The notes under the pieces were generated by a model, which searched no databases, was not told the DNA's origin, and was given only the letters and a program-made list of their open reading frames with translations. From assembly GCA_035574255.1 (NCBI GenBank), contig DATLYZ010000031.1, positions 142,197-206,196 on the forward strand: DNA of 64,000 bases, in the 5' to 3' direction. Source of the DNA: Gemmatimonadales bacterium (lineage in GTDB: Bacteria > Gemmatimonadota > Gemmatimonadetes > Gemmatimonadales > GWC2-71-9). Shown piece by piece: positions 8,855-18,527 of the stretch. Made by a program: the position numbers and the translations under genes. Position 1 is the first letter of the stretch; the number at the start of each line of letters is the position of its first letter.

Positions 8855-10246
8855 TTACGGCGCGGACCGTCGGACGCGGATCTCGGCCCGGCGGTTGGCG
8901 GTTCGGGCGGCGTCGGTGGTGTCGGCGACCAGGAGGGTCGAGGATCCGAGGCCGGCCGCGGTCACGCGGCTGGCCGCGATGCCGCCGGAAAGGATGTAAT
9001 CGCGGACCGCCTGGGCCCGGCGCTCGGAGAGACGGGTGTTGTCGGCCGGCACCAGCCGGTCGTGGGCATAGCCGAGCACCTCGGCCGTGGCGCCGGGGTC
9101 GGCCCGCATGACGGCGACCACGGAGTCGAGCACCGGCCGGGCGGCGGGGCCCAGGGTGAATCCGCGGTAGGGGAAGGCGGTCCCGGGGACCACGAAGACC
9201 TGCTCGAGAACGGTCGGCTCAGGGGTTGCGGCGGGGCAACCCTCGGCGTCCACCGTCGCTCCCGGCCTAGTGCCGGGGCAGCGATCGAGTCCATCCGGCA
9301 CGCCGTCCGCATCCTCGTCCAGCGGGCAGCCGGCCGGATCCACGCGAGCCCCTACGGGCGTGGCCGGGCAGCGATCGAGCCCATCGAGGATCGCGTCCTG
9401 ATCCGTGTCGAGCGGGCAGCCGTCGGCCTGGACGACCGCGCCCCGGGGGGTGTCCGGGCACCGGTCGAAACCGTCGAGCACGCCGTCCGCATCGGTATCC
9501 GAGGTGCAGCCGACAGGGTCTACGGCCGCGCCTGCGGGGGTGCTCGGGCACCGGTCGAGGCCGTCGGGGACGCCGTCGGCATCCTGATCGGTGGGACAGC
9601 CGCGGCGGTCCACCAGGGCACCGCGCGGGGTGCTGGCGCAGCGGTCCGAGCGGTCGTACACGCCGTCCCCGTCGGAATCCGCCAGTGGCCGGCTCGCCAC
9701 CATGAGGCTGAGGCCGGCCTGGAGCCCCAGGTTGACGAACGGCTCGCCGGCCTGCCGGCTGTAGTTCGCGATCCCCTCGGAGCGGAAGAAGAGCGTGGGC
9801 GTGAGGCCCACCCGTATCCCGAGGCCTCCTTGCGCCGCACTGGTCGAGCCGCAGAGGCCGTACCCCGGAATGGACACGTTGGTGGGGCAGGAGCCTCCGT
9901 AGTCGAGCCAGACGAATCCGCCCTTGAAAAAGAGGCTCGCGTGGTACCCCAGTGCGAGGTTCACGAGTGCGGAGGCGCCCGCCTGGCTGACCTTGAGGGA
10001 GCGATGGAGGCTGGTGTTCGTGTGGGTGGGTACGAGGCTCCCCTCCGCCTCGAGTGAGAGCGGGCCCCAGACCCAGAACCCGGCGCGCAGGGTGGGGCCG
10101 AAGCCCCCCTTGATCTCGCTGGCGGTATCGAAGTAGTGGTATCCGCCCGCAGCGCTCACCTCGAGCCGGTAGAGGCGCTGGCCACAGAGGGCCGAGGCGG
10201 TGAGGGCGCAAGCCGCCGCCAGAGCGGGAAGACCAGGTCGGAGCAC
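8855..10246 (-). CDS. OmpA-family outer-membrane protein with thrombospondin type-3 repeats
   Basis: N-terminal beta-barrel-like region. Five D-x-D-x-D-G-x-x-D..DRC repeats (DSDGDGVYD, DQDADGVPD, DTDADGVLD, DTDQDAILD, DEDADGVPD). OmpA C-terminal domain (..NTRLSERRAQAVRDYL..NRRAEIRV). Confidence 0.85.
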   Translation of the reverse strand: MLRPGLPALAAACALTASALCGQRLYRLEVSAAGGYHYFDTASEIKGGFGPTLRAGFWVWGPLSLEAEGSLVPTHTNTSLHRSLKVSQAGASALVNLALGYHASLFFKGGFVWLDYGGSCPTNVSIPGYGLCGSTSAAQGGLGIRVGLTPTLFFRSEGIANYSRQAGEPFVNLGLQAGLSLMVASRPLADSDGDGVYDRSDRCASTPRGALVDRRGCPTDQDADGVPDGLDRCPSTPAGAAVDPVGCTSDTDADGVLDGFDRCPDTPRGAVVQADGCPLDTDQDAILDGLDRCPATPVGARVDPAGCPLDEDADGVPDGLDRCPGTRPGATVDAEGCPAATPEPTVLEQVFVVPGTAFPYRGFTLGPAARPVLDSVVAVMRADPGATAEVLGYAHDRLVPADNTRLSERRAQAVRDYILSGGIAASRVTAAGLGSSTLLVADTTDAARTANRRAEIRVRRSAP

Positions 10247-10428
10247 GCTGGATAGTGGCCCGCTCCGGGAGCCGTCGCAAGGGCTATGACCCGGGGCCGG
10301 GAGCCATTACCGTTCAGCGGGTGAGCGTGGCAGGGTCCGAGCCGTGCCAGCGGCGGGGTGGGGGGGGGCGGGGCGGGGCGCGGGTCCGTCCGGGGAGTAG
10401 GGCGTTCCTAACGTGATGGCAGGGCAGG

Positions 10429-10653
10429 ATGCACATCTCCATCGAATACTGCCTGGTTTGAAACTATGAGCCGCGGGCGACCAGTTTGGCCGCCGAGCTC
10501 AAGCAGGCCTTCCCCGACGCCGAGATCGAACTGATCAAGTCGTCGGGCGGGGTGTTCGAGGTGCGCGTGGACGGGCGGCTGGTCTTCTCCAAGAAGGCCC
10601 TGGGCCGTCATGCGGCGCCGGGAGAGGTCCTCGAGCTGATTCGAAAAGGATGA
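10429..10653 (+). CDS. SelW/Rdx-family selenoprotein (74 codons, TGA 10459-10461 read as Sec)
   Basis: ATG 10429. Translation MHISIEYCLV-U-NYEPRATSLAAELKQAFPDAEIELIKSSGGVFEVRVDGRLVFSKKALGRHAAPGEVLELIRKG. This shows the CxxU redox motif (compare mammalian SelW VVYCGAUGY) and the conserved GGxFEV..dG.l..SKK block after the TGA. The stop overlaps the pfk ATG (ATGA). It is absent from the ORF track because of the in-frame TGA. Confidence 0.75.
10468..10500 (+). promoter_or_regulatory. Candidate bacterial SECIS stem-loop
   Basis: GAGCCGCGGGCGACCAGUUUGGCCGCCGAGCUC begins 6 nt after the UGA. Outer stem GAGC/GCUC, upper stem GGCGACC/GGCCGCC with one mismatch, apical loop AGUUU about 22-26 nt from the UGA. 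Folded by eye only. Confidence 0.35.
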
Positions 10654-11744
10654 GGACGTTGCGGATCGCGATCACGACGGGCGGGGGCGACGCCCCTGGC
10701 CTCAACGCCGTCATCCGGGCGATCGTGCTGTCGGCGCACCAGCGGGGGTGGCAGACGTACGGGATCCGCCGTGGGTTCGGGGGGCTGCTCACCAACGAGG
10801 ACGACGGCATCCTCACGCTCACGCCGGAGCGGGTGCGGGGCATCACCCATCTGGGCGGCACCATTCTCGGCACCACCAATCGAGGGAACCCGTTCCGCTG
10901 GGCGGTCACCGAAGCCGACGGCAAGACCGTCGAGGTCGATCGGTCGGACGAACTGATCGCCGCGTTCATGGCCAGCGGATTCGACGCGCTCATCGCGATC
11001 GGGGGCGAGGGGAGCCTCAAGATCGCGCACGACCTCTGGTGCAAGGGGATGCCGGCGGTGGGCGTTCCGAAGACGATTGACAACGATGTCTCGGGAACCC
11101 TCGCCACCTTCGGCTTCGATACCGCGGTCAACACGGCCACCGACGCGATCGACAAGCTCCACTCCACCACCGAGAGCCACGAGCGGGTGATGGTCGTGGA
11201 GCTGATGGGACGGAACGCGGGCTGGATCGCGCTGCACAGCGGCATCGCGGCCGGGGCGGACGTGATTCTCATCCCCGAAGTGCCGTTCTCCATCGAGAAG
11301 GTCTGCGGGAAGATTCTCGAGCGGGAACAGCGGGGGCGGCGCTTCAGCATCGTCGTGGTGGCCGAGGGGGCGCGGCCGGTGGGCGGCGATGCGGTGCTGA
11401 TCGAACGCCGTGCCGCGGGCACGGTGGATCGGCTGGGCGGCATCGGCTCGCTCGTGGCCCGGGCCATTGCCGACCGGACCGGCAAGGAAACCCGGAGCCT
11501 GGTGCTCGGTCACCTTCAGCGTGGCGGGTCGCCCACCACGTTCGACCGCTTGCTGGGGCTCCGTTTCGGGGCGGCGGCGGTGCGGGCCGTGGCGGATCGC
11601 GCCTTCGGCACGATGGTGGCCCTCACGCCTCCGACCATCAGCCGCATTCCCATGGCCGAGGTCGTGGGCCGCCCCAAGAACGTCCCGCTGGACAGCGACA
11701 CGGTGCTGACGGCGAGAGAGCTGGGGATCAGCCTCGGGGACTGA
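10650..11744 (+). CDS. pfkA: 6-phosphofructokinase (ATP- or PPi-dependent)
   Basis: TTGGGDAPGLNA, GGEGS, PKTIDNDV, TFGFDTA and MGRNAGW motifs. Confidence 0.9.
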   Translation: MRTLRIAITTGGGDAPGLNAVIRAIVLSAHQRGWQTYGIRRGFGGLLTNEDDGILTLTPERVRGITHLGGTILGTTNRGNPFRWAVTEADGKTVEVDRSDELIAAFMASGFDALIAIGGEGSLKIAHDLWCKGMPAVGVPKTIDNDVSGTLATFGFDTAVNTATDAIDKLHSTTESHERVMVVELMGRNAGWIALHSGIAAGADVILIPEVPFSIEKVCGKILEREQRGRRFSIVVVAEGARPVGGDAVLIERRAAGTVDRLGGIGSLVARAIADRTGKETRSLVLGHLQRGGSPTTFDRLLGLRFGAAAVRAVADRAFGTMVALTPPTISRIPMAEVVGRPKNVPLDSDTVLTARELGISLGD

Positions 11745-11818
11745 GCCGGGTTGCGAAGCCGGCGAGACGAGCGGCCAGCCGGCGCCCAGCACCCGGCGCG
11801 GCCCTATCTTCCCACCCC

Positions 11819-13906
11819 ATGTCCCTCCCACCCTACCCGCGGTCTCCCATCAGGCCGGTCGTCGAGGTGCTTCACGGGGAGCCGGTCACTGACCCCTATC
11901 GCTGGCTGGAGGACGGCGACAGCGCCGAGGTCCGGGCCTGGACCGAGGCGCAGAACGCGTACACCCGAGCCTACCTCGAGCAGGTGGCGGAGCGGCCCGC
12001 GCTCCGGGCCCGCCTTGCCGAGCTCCTGGCCATCGGGGCGTTGAGCGCGCCCACCCCGGCCCGGGGGCGCTACTTCTACCAGCGGCGGGACGGGGCGCAG
12101 AACCAGCCGGTGCTTTACGTCCGCGACGGGGTGTGGGCTCCGGATCGGGTGCTGCTGGACCCGAACGCGCTCGATGCGTCGGGGACGACCGCGCTCGACT
12201 GGTATTTCCCGAGCGAGGACGGGAGTCTCCTAGCCTACGGCCTTTCCGAGAACGGGAGCGAGCAGAGCGTGCTCCACGTGCTCGAGGTGGCGACCGGCCG
12301 GGTGCTCGCCGACCGGATTCCGGGGACCCGGGCGGCCGAGGTGGCGTGGCTCCGGGACGGGACGGGCTTCTACTACACCCGGTATCCGAGTCGCGGCGAG
12401 GTGCCTGACGAGGAGCTTCACTACCACCGCGCGATCTACTTTCATCGCCTGGGCCACCACCCGGCTCGCGATCTCTTGGTCTTCAAGCCGGCGCAGAAGG
12501 AGCACTGGCCCGGGGTGGCCCTGTCGTCGGACGGCCGGTGGCTCATCGTGACCGTGGCCCGCACCTTCGACCAGCACGACGTGTTCCTCAAGGACCTGGC
12601 GGCCGGGGGGAACTTCGTCCCCCTGGTGAAGGATCTGCCGTTCGCCTTCGACGTGGCGATCGTGGGCGAGCGGATCTACATCCGCACCAACCTCGACGCC
12701 CCCAATTACCGGTTGTTGCTCGCCGCGCCCGACCGCCTGGCGCGGCGCGACTGGCGCGAGCTTGTTCCGGAACGCCCCGACGCGGTGCTGGACGGGGTGA
12801 TGGCGGTGGGCGGAACGCTCGCGCTGAGCTATCTCGAGCGCGCCAGCTCGCGGCTCCGGCTCGCCGACCTCGAGGGGGGCGGCGTCCGCGAGGTCGAGCT
12901 GCCCACTCTGGGGAGCGTCTTCGGGTGGGGCGGCGAGTGGGACGGCGAGGAGCTCTTCTACGGCTTCTCCTCCTTTACCGTGCCGCCCTCGGTGTACCGG
13001 ATGGACCTGCGGACCGGCGCGCAGGAACTCTGGCGCCGGGTGGAGGCGGACCTCGATCCGGGCGGTTTCGAGGTGCGGCAGGTGTCGTATCCCTCCCGGG
13101 ACGGCACCGCCATCACCATGTTCGTGGTCCATCCGCGCGATCTGATCCGGGACGGGGGGCGCCCGGTCTACCTCACCGGGTACGGCGGATTCGCGATCAG
13201 CATGACCCCGTCGTTTTCACGTTCCCTTCTGCTCTGGCTCGAGCGCGGCGGGGTCGTGGCGGTCCCCAACGTTCGGGGGGGCGGCGAGTACGGCGAGGCC
13301 TGGCATCAGGCGGGGATGCTGGAGCGCAAGCAGAATACCTTCGACGACTTCCTCGCCGCCGCCGAGTGGCTGATCCGGGAGGGGTATACCAACCCCGAGC
13401 GGCTGGCCATCGCGGGCGGGTCCAACGGCGGCCTCCTGGTCGGTGCGGCGATCACCCAGCGACCCGAGCTCTTCCGCGCGGCCGTGATCCAGGTGCCGCT
13501 GCTGGACATGCTTCGCTACCACAAGTTTCTGATCGCCCGGCTCTGGATCCCCGAGTACGGCGACCCGGAAAACCCGGAGCATTTCCGGTGGCTCCGGGCC
13601 TATTCGCCCTACCACCGGGTGGTGGACGGCGTCGCCTACCCGGCCGTCCTTCTCGCCACGGCCGAGAGTGACACCCGGGTGGACCCGATGCATGCGCGCA
13701 AGATGACCGCCCGGCTCCAGGCCGCGAGTTCGAGCGGGCGGCCGGTGCTGCTCCGGCTCGAGACCCGCGCGGGCCACGGCGCCGGCAAACCGGTGTCCAA
13801 GGTGCTCGACGAGCTGGTGGACACCTGGAGTTTTCTGTTTCACGAGTTGGGGGTATCATCAGAGCCCTGGGCGGCGGGCCTCGAGCCTCGGGCCGGTCCC
13901 GGCTAG
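11819..13906 (+). CDS. Prolyl oligopeptidase (S9A family)
   Basis: N-terminal ..DPYRWLED.. and a beta-propeller. Catalytic domain with nucleophile GGSNGGLL. C-terminal ..DTRVDP..HARKM and ..AGHGAG. Confidence 0.9.
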   Translation: MSLPPYPRSPIRPVVEVLHGEPVTDPYRWLEDGDSAEVRAWTEAQNAYTRAYLEQVAERPALRARLAELLAIGALSAPTPARGRYFYQRRDGAQNQPVLYVRDGVWAPDRVLLDPNALDASGTTALDWYFPSEDGSLLAYGLSENGSEQSVLHVLEVATGRVLADRIPGTRAAEVAWLRDGTGFYYTRYPSRGEVPDEELHYHRAIYFHRLGHHPARDLLVFKPAQKEHWPGVALSSDGRWLIVTVARTFDQHDVFLKDLAAGGNFVPLVKDLPFAFDVAIVGERIYIRTNLDAPNYRLLLAAPDRLARRDWRELVPERPDAVLDGVMAVGGTLALSYLERASSRLRLADLEGGGVREVELPTLGSVFGWGGEWDGEELFYGFSSFTVPPSVYRMDLRTGAQELWRRVEADLDPGGFEVRQVSYPSRDGTAITMFVVHPRDLIRDGGRPVYLTGYGGFAISMTPSFSRSLLLWLERGGVVAVPNVRGGGEYGEAWHQAGMLERKQNTFDDFLAAAEWLIREGYTNPERLAIAGGSNGGLLVGAAITQRPELFRAAVIQVPLLDMLRYHKFLIARLWIPEYGDPENPEHFRWLRAYSPYHRVVDGVAYPAVLLATAESDTRVDPMHARKMTARLQAASSSGRPVLLRLETRAGHGAGKPVSKVLDELVDTWSFLFHELGVSSEPWAAGLEPRAGPG

Positions 13907-13952
13907 GCGCCGGGGCTTCACTCCTGCCACGTCCGGGCCACTGACCGAGGAG

Positions 13953-14501
13953 ATGCTCATGGAACCGCTGGTTCCGACACCGATCGGGATGTCTCACCCG
14001 AGCCGCTGGCTCGCCGTGCTCCGGGTCTGCGTCGGCCTTTACTTCGCGAAGGCGCTCTGGACCAAGATGGATCTCGTCCTCCTGGGCGGGGTCGTTCCGT
14101 GGCTCGGCGTGGAGCCGCGCTGGGTGGAGACCATGCCCGCGCTCGTGGCGCGCCACGCGGCGGAGAATCCTTTTCCCTTCTACAAGCACTTTCTGGAGCA
14201 GACGGTGCTCGCGCATCCCCTCGCCTTCGCCCGGCTGACCGCGTGGGGCGAGGTGCTGGTGGGGCTCAGCCTCACGCTCGGCCTCTTCGCCGGCCTGGGG
14301 GCACTGGGCGGGTTCTGGCTCAGTCTCAACTACGGCATCTCGAGCCAGCACCTCTCCCCGGCCTCGTTCGGGTTTCACTATCTGCTGGTCGTCGTGATGG
14401 CGGTGCTCTTCCTCGCCCGTTCGGGACGAGCGCTGGGGCTCGATGCCTGGATCGCGTGGCGGTGGCCGGGGAGCTGGCTGACCCGCCGGCCGATCGCGTA
14501 G
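13953..14501 (+). CDS. DoxX-family integral membrane protein
   Basis: Four predicted TM helices, about 180 aa, ..RVCVGLYFAKALWTK.. typical DoxX/DoxD-like layout. Confidence 0.65.
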   Translation: MLMEPLVPTPIGMSHPSRWLAVLRVCVGLYFAKALWTKMDLVLLGGVVPWLGVEPRWVETMPALVARHAAENPFPFYKHFLEQTVLAHPLAFARLTAWGEVLVGLSLTLGLFAGLGALGGFWLSLNYGISSQHLSPASFGFHYLLVVVMAVLFLARSGRALGLDAWIAWRWPGSWLTRRPIA

Positions 14502-14585
14502 CCGGTGAACGGGGAAGGGGAACGGGGAGGGAGGGCGCCAGGTCGCTGTGGGCAGTCCCGCCCCGTTCGCCGCTGCCGGTTTACC
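14499..14585. terminator. Inverted repeat between convergent doxX-like and beta-propeller genes; shares a 14-mer with 399..412
   Basis: TAGCCGGTGAACGGGG...CCCCGTTCGCC forms an 11-bp stem (one G:U) around a G-rich loop. Confidence 0.35.
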
Positions 14586-15660
14586 GATTGGCAGGCGCCC
14601 GGCCCACGGCGACGCCCCAGGGAATCGTTCCGGCGGGAATCCGCCGCACCACCTGCAGCGTTTCCGTGTCGACCACGGTGACGTCGTTCCCGGGACCGTT
14701 CGCGGTGTAGAGCTTCCGGCCGTCGGAGGTGAGGGCGATTCCCCAGGGCCGCTCGCCCACCGCGACGGTGGCGACCACCGAGTCGGTCGCGGGGTCGATC
14801 ACCGAGACCGTACCCCCGCGGCCGTTGGACACGTACACCCGCCGGCCGTCAGGCGCCACGGCGATCCCCATGGGTCGCGAGCCCTCGGGCATGGCGATGA
14901 TGCGGGTCACCTCCCGCCGGGTCATGTCAATGACGGAGACCGTGCCGCTCACCTCGTTGGTCACGTAGGCGCGCGAGCCGTCGGGAAGAAACCCGATCGC
15001 GCGGGGCCGCTTTCCCCTCGTGTCGATGGCCGCCACCACCCGGCCCGTGGCCACGTCCACGCCGGTGATGTTGTGATCGGTTTCCCCCGTCACCCAGACC
15101 ACCCGGCCGTCCGGCTGCAGGGTCACGCCTTCCGGCTCCTTCCCCACGCGGACGTTCGCCACCGGCTTGCCGGTGACGAGGTCCACGATGGACGCCGAAT
15201 CGGCATCTTCGTTGGAGACGAAGAGCCGGGTGCCGTCCGGCGAGACGTCGAAGGTCTCGGGGTCGGAACCCGCAGGAAGGACCTTGACCGTGCGCCGAGT
15301 CGCCACGTCCACCACGGCCACCCCGTCCTTGCTCTTGTCGGCCTGAAGCTTCTCGCACTCCTCGTCCGGCATGGTGGGCGGGCACTTGGGCGAGCCGGAG
15401 AGGGCGACGTACACCGTCTTGCCGTCGGGACTCACCTTGACCCCGCGGGGCCGGGTTCCCACTTCGATGGTGGCGACAACCGTGTCGGTGGCGGCGTCAA
15501 TGATGGTCAGGTTGCGGGAATCCTCGTTGCTGACGAACACCCATTCCGCCGGCCCCGTGGAGGCCGGCCCGCCTTCGGCGCCGGATCGGTCTCCCCTGGC
15601 GCCGCAGGCCGTGAGCGAGGCCAGGGCGGCGAGGGTGTATGCGCTGTGTCTCAAGTCCAT
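14581..15660 (-). CDS. YVTN-repeat beta-propeller lipoprotein (PQQ-dehydrogenase-associated type)
   Basis: Lipobox ..LASLTAC. Repeated ..VSPDG..(L)YV.N....VSVID.. units about 7 times. This resembles the beta-propeller that accompanies PQQ alcohol dehydrogenase clusters. Confidence 0.8.
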   Translation of the reverse strand: MDLRHSAYTLAALASLTACGARGDRSGAEGGPASTGPAEWVFVSNEDSRNLTIIDAATDTVVATIEVGTRPRGVKVSPDGKTVYVALSGSPKCPPTMPDEECEKLQADKSKDGVAVVDVATRRTVKVLPAGSDPETFDVSPDGTRLFVSNEDADSASIVDLVTGKPVANVRVGKEPEGVTLQPDGRVVWVTGETDHNITGVDVATGRVVAAIDTRGKRPRAIGFLPDGSRAYVTNEVSGTVSVIDMTRREVTRIIAMPEGSRPMGIAVAPDGRRVYVSNGRGGTVSVIDPATDSVVATVAVGERPWGIALTSDGRKLYTANGPGNDVTVVDTETLQVVRRIPAGTIPWGVAVGRAPANR

Positions 15661-15805
15661 CGAATCGCTCCTGATCAGAGTCGTACTGGTGCGTCCTGCT
15701 GCCGGCCGCCACTCCCGCGGCGGCGCGCGGCACGCCGGAGGCGCCGCGGACCGGGGGCTGGGGCTCGCGGTCTCGTCCGGCTCGGGGCCGCCGGCTCCCG
15801 GCCGG

Positions 15806-17056
15806 TCAGGGCCGGGGTCTCATCACCGCCTTGTCCCGGTTTTTCGCCTGATCCAGGCCCTTGACCTGGTCCAGCCCCTTGGCGCCGACGAAGATGGCCC
15901 CGGACAGGTCGGCGTACGCGAGCGTGGCGCCGGTGAGATCGGCGTCGGTGAGGTCGGCCGCGACCAGCTCGGCGTGGGAGAGTTCCGCGCCGGCGAGTCG
16001 CGCCCCCACCAGCCGGGCGTAGGAAAAGTCCGCCTTGTACAGGTTGGCGCCGGTCAAGTCCGCCCCCGAGAGGTCCGCGCTCACGAACTGGGCCCGCATG
16101 ACGCCCATGGACTGGTTGCCCGGGTCGGCCCCGATGTTGGCGCGCTCCAGCCGAGCTCCGGTCAGCCGGGCTTTTCGCAGATACCCGATAATACGCGTCT
16201 CCCGGAGATCCGCCTCGCTCAGGTCGGCCGCTTCGAGAATGGTGGCGAACAGACTCGCCTTCCGGAGCACCGCCTGGCGGAAGTCGGCGCGCCGGAGGGT
16301 GGCGCCGTCGAGGTTGGCGCCGGTGAGATCGGCCCCGGCGAGCACGGCATCGGTGAGATCGCAGGAGAACAGGTTCGCCCCCGCCAGGTTGGCGCCGGCA
16401 AGCCGGGTCCGGGTGAGATCGGCGCGGCGGAAGTCCACCCCGCGCAGGTCGAGGCCGCTCAGGTCCGCCCCGGCGAGCCCCGCCCCGCCCGCTGCGAGCC
16501 GGCGCTTGACCTCTTCGACCTCCAGCTTCGCGCCCGCCGCATCCGCCCCGTCGAGCGGCGGGAGCGGGGCGGCCCCCAGCGCCTCCGCGATCCGTTGGGC
16601 GAGATACTGGGCACCGCGGAGCACGGCCTCGCGACTCGCCTCACCGAGCTGCACCTTGCGCTCGGCCACGAGCAGGGTGCCGGTGGGGAGCTCCAAGACC
16701 GACGTGACGAGGCGCCAGCCCTGGCCCGCGGGGTTGGCGAGTTCGGTCCATGCCGCCCAGCGCGCGCCCAGCATCTCCCCGGCGGTGCGGACGCACTCGG
16801 GGTCGGCGCACCGTCCCGCGCTGGCGTGCATCGCCGCCATGGCGGCGGTGGCCAGGGAATCGAGCACCTGGAAGGCCTCGTAGCGGCGGAGTTCGCGGCG
16901 GAGGCCGGCCGTGGCGGCGGCGGCCAGGGCCGGGGCCGGGGCGGCCTCCCGGGTGCTCACGTCGAACAGCGCGAGCCGCGGCAGATCCTGGGCTCCGGCG
17001 GGACGAGCGAGGGCCACCAGGCCGGCGGTCACCAGGCGGAACGCGGGAAACCTCAT
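15806..17056 (-). CDS. Exported pentapeptide-repeat protein
   Basis: Signal peptide and an N-terminal domain of about 190 aa (contains CADPEC). This is followed by about 200 residues of A(D/N)LxG pentads (ADLSGADLTGANLYKADFSYARL...). Confidence 0.8.
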   Translation of the reverse strand: MRFPAFRLVTAGLVALARPAGAQDLPRLALFDVSTREAAPAPALAAAATAGLRRELRRYEAFQVLDSLATAAMAAMHASAGRCADPECVRTAGEMLGARWAAWTELANPAGQGWRLVTSVLELPTGTLLVAERKVQLGEASREAVLRGAQYLAQRIAEALGAAPLPPLDGADAAGAKLEVEEVKRRLAAGGAGLAGADLSGLDLRGVDFRRADLTRTRLAGANLAGANLFSCDLTDAVLAGADLTGANLDGATLRRADFRQAVLRKASLFATILEAADLSEADLRETRIIGYLRKARLTGARLERANIGADPGNQSMGVMRAQFVSADLSGADLTGANLYKADFSYARLVGARLAGAELSHAELVAADLTDADLTGATLAYADLSGAIFVGAKGLDQVKGLDQAKNRDKAVMRPRP

Positions 17057-17129
17057 GGGTGTGCCTCCGAAAGACGACGGGACCGCTTGCCGCGGTCCCG
17101 TGCATGACCGGCGACCGGCGCCGGGGCCG

Positions 17130-17558
17130 TCAGCCGTCCCGCACCGCGGGCCGGCCGATGCCGATCTTCCCGTCGGCGCGGCCTTTCAAGTACTTGTAGA
17201 TCTTCTGGATCTTGTCCATCTCCAGGCCCAGGGCGCACCACGACGGCATCCCCTTGTCGGGCCGTCCGGCGCACACCGTCGTGATGAACACCTCGGGGCT
17301 GGGAATCGTGCCGTCGTCCTTGAGCGAGACCACGAGCGCCGGGGCGAACGAGGTGCCGACGCCGAACTCCCCGTGGCACCGGGAGCAGTTGAGTTCGTAC
17401 TGTTTCCACCCGTTGTAGGTGTCCGCGTCCACGGTGTCTTTCGGCGCCCGGTGGTACGGGTCGGTTTGCTGTGCCCGGACGGTGGTGATCGCGCAGGTCA
17501 GGGCCATGCCCAGGAGGGCCGCCGTGCGGCTCACCATGCGAAGAGGGGAACGGCTCAT
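17130..17558 (-). CDS. xoxG: Periplasmic mono-haem cytochrome c (XoxG-like electron acceptor)
   Basis: Signal peptide, single CSRCH haem-binding motif, downstream Met (..DKGMPSW..). Located directly after xoxJ. Confidence 0.75.
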   Translation of the reverse strand: MSRSPLRMVSRTAALLGMALTCAITTVRAQQTDPYHRAPKDTVDADTYNGWKQYELNCSRCHGEFGVGTSFAPALVVSLKDDGTIPSPEVFITTVCAGRPDKGMPSWCALGLEMDKIQKIYKYLKGRADGKIGIGRPAVRDG

Positions 17559-17597
17559 GCGCGGCTCAGTCCTTTCCTGAAAGGAGTTGGGGGTGGT

Positions 17598-18473
17598 TCA
17601 TGGCGCGGGCGTCGCCGCGCCGACGCGCCGGGCCGTGTCGGCCGGGAGCGGGAGGAGCGGTACGCCGAAATCCTGAAGGATCGCGCGCAGCGCCGGACCA
17701 TTGGCGTCGAGGAACTGCTGGAGACTGTCGCGCAGCGCGCGCTCCCGCCGCCGCGTGGCCATCCCCATGCTGAACTGGAACGGGATCCCGCTCACCGAAT
17801 CGTCCTCCAGCGGGGTGAGCACCAGATCGGCCCCAAGCTGCTTGGCGTAATACCCGGCGATCGGCCCCCAGACGATCGCGAGATCCACCTTCCCGTCCAC
17901 GACGGCCTTGACGATGTCTTCCGGGTGATCCTGGCCGCCGAGGTAGACCGTGCCGAACCCTACCAGGTTGCCCACGACCCCGTGCGCCGACAGTGCCATC
18001 GCGGGGGGCGAGTTCTCGGCGTCGTTGGCGTACACATGGACGCCGATCTTGAGCGTCTTGAGCCGGGGGTCGTCGAGCGAGCGGATGTCGAGCCCGCGGT
18101 CGCGCCGGGTCACGATCACGTAGCCGGTGCGGTAGTAGGGCCGGGTAACGCCGGCCAGCTCGTAGCCGGCAGGGGCCTGGATCAGCACGTCGCAGTACTG
18201 GCCGTTCAGCATCCGGGACAGGCCGCGCGGTGCCGCCCACCAGACATATTCCAGCCGGCTGTTCCAGGTGCGGGCCAGGAGTTCGGCCACCTTGTTCTCC
18301 AGACCTTCGCCCTTCTGGTTGGAGAACGGCATGTTCTCGGGGTCGGCGCAGACCCGGAGCAGTCCCGGGGTCAGAGGCGCCGGTCGCTGCGCAGCGGCGG
18401 GGACCGAGGGAATGGCGAGAGCGGCCAGCAGTCCGGCCAGGGCCAGAGCCCCGGCGACGCGAATCGGGTTCAT
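17598..18473 (-). CDS. xoxJ: MxaJ/XoxJ-type periplasmic binding protein
   Basis: Signal peptide MNPIRVAGALALAGLLAALA and a type-3 SBP fold (..LRVCADPENMPFSN..). Position immediately downstream of xoxF. Confidence 0.8.
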   Translation of the reverse strand: MNPIRVAGALALAGLLAALAIPSVPAAAQRPAPLTPGLLRVCADPENMPFSNQKGEGLENKVAELLARTWNSRLEYVWWAAPRGLSRMLNGQYCDVLIQAPAGYELAGVTRPYYRTGYVIVTRRDRGLDIRSLDDPRLKTLKIGVHVYANDAENSPPAMALSAHGVVGNLVGFGTVYLGGQDHPEDIVKAVVDGKVDLAIVWGPIAGYYAKQLGADLVLTPLEDDSVSGIPFQFSMGMATRRRERALRDSLQQFLDANGPALRAILQDFGVPLLPLPADTARRVGAATPAP

Positions 18474-18527
18474 TGGAACTCCTGTACTTCCGCCAGGGCC
18501 GCCTGTACGGCCCCGGCCGGGACGACA

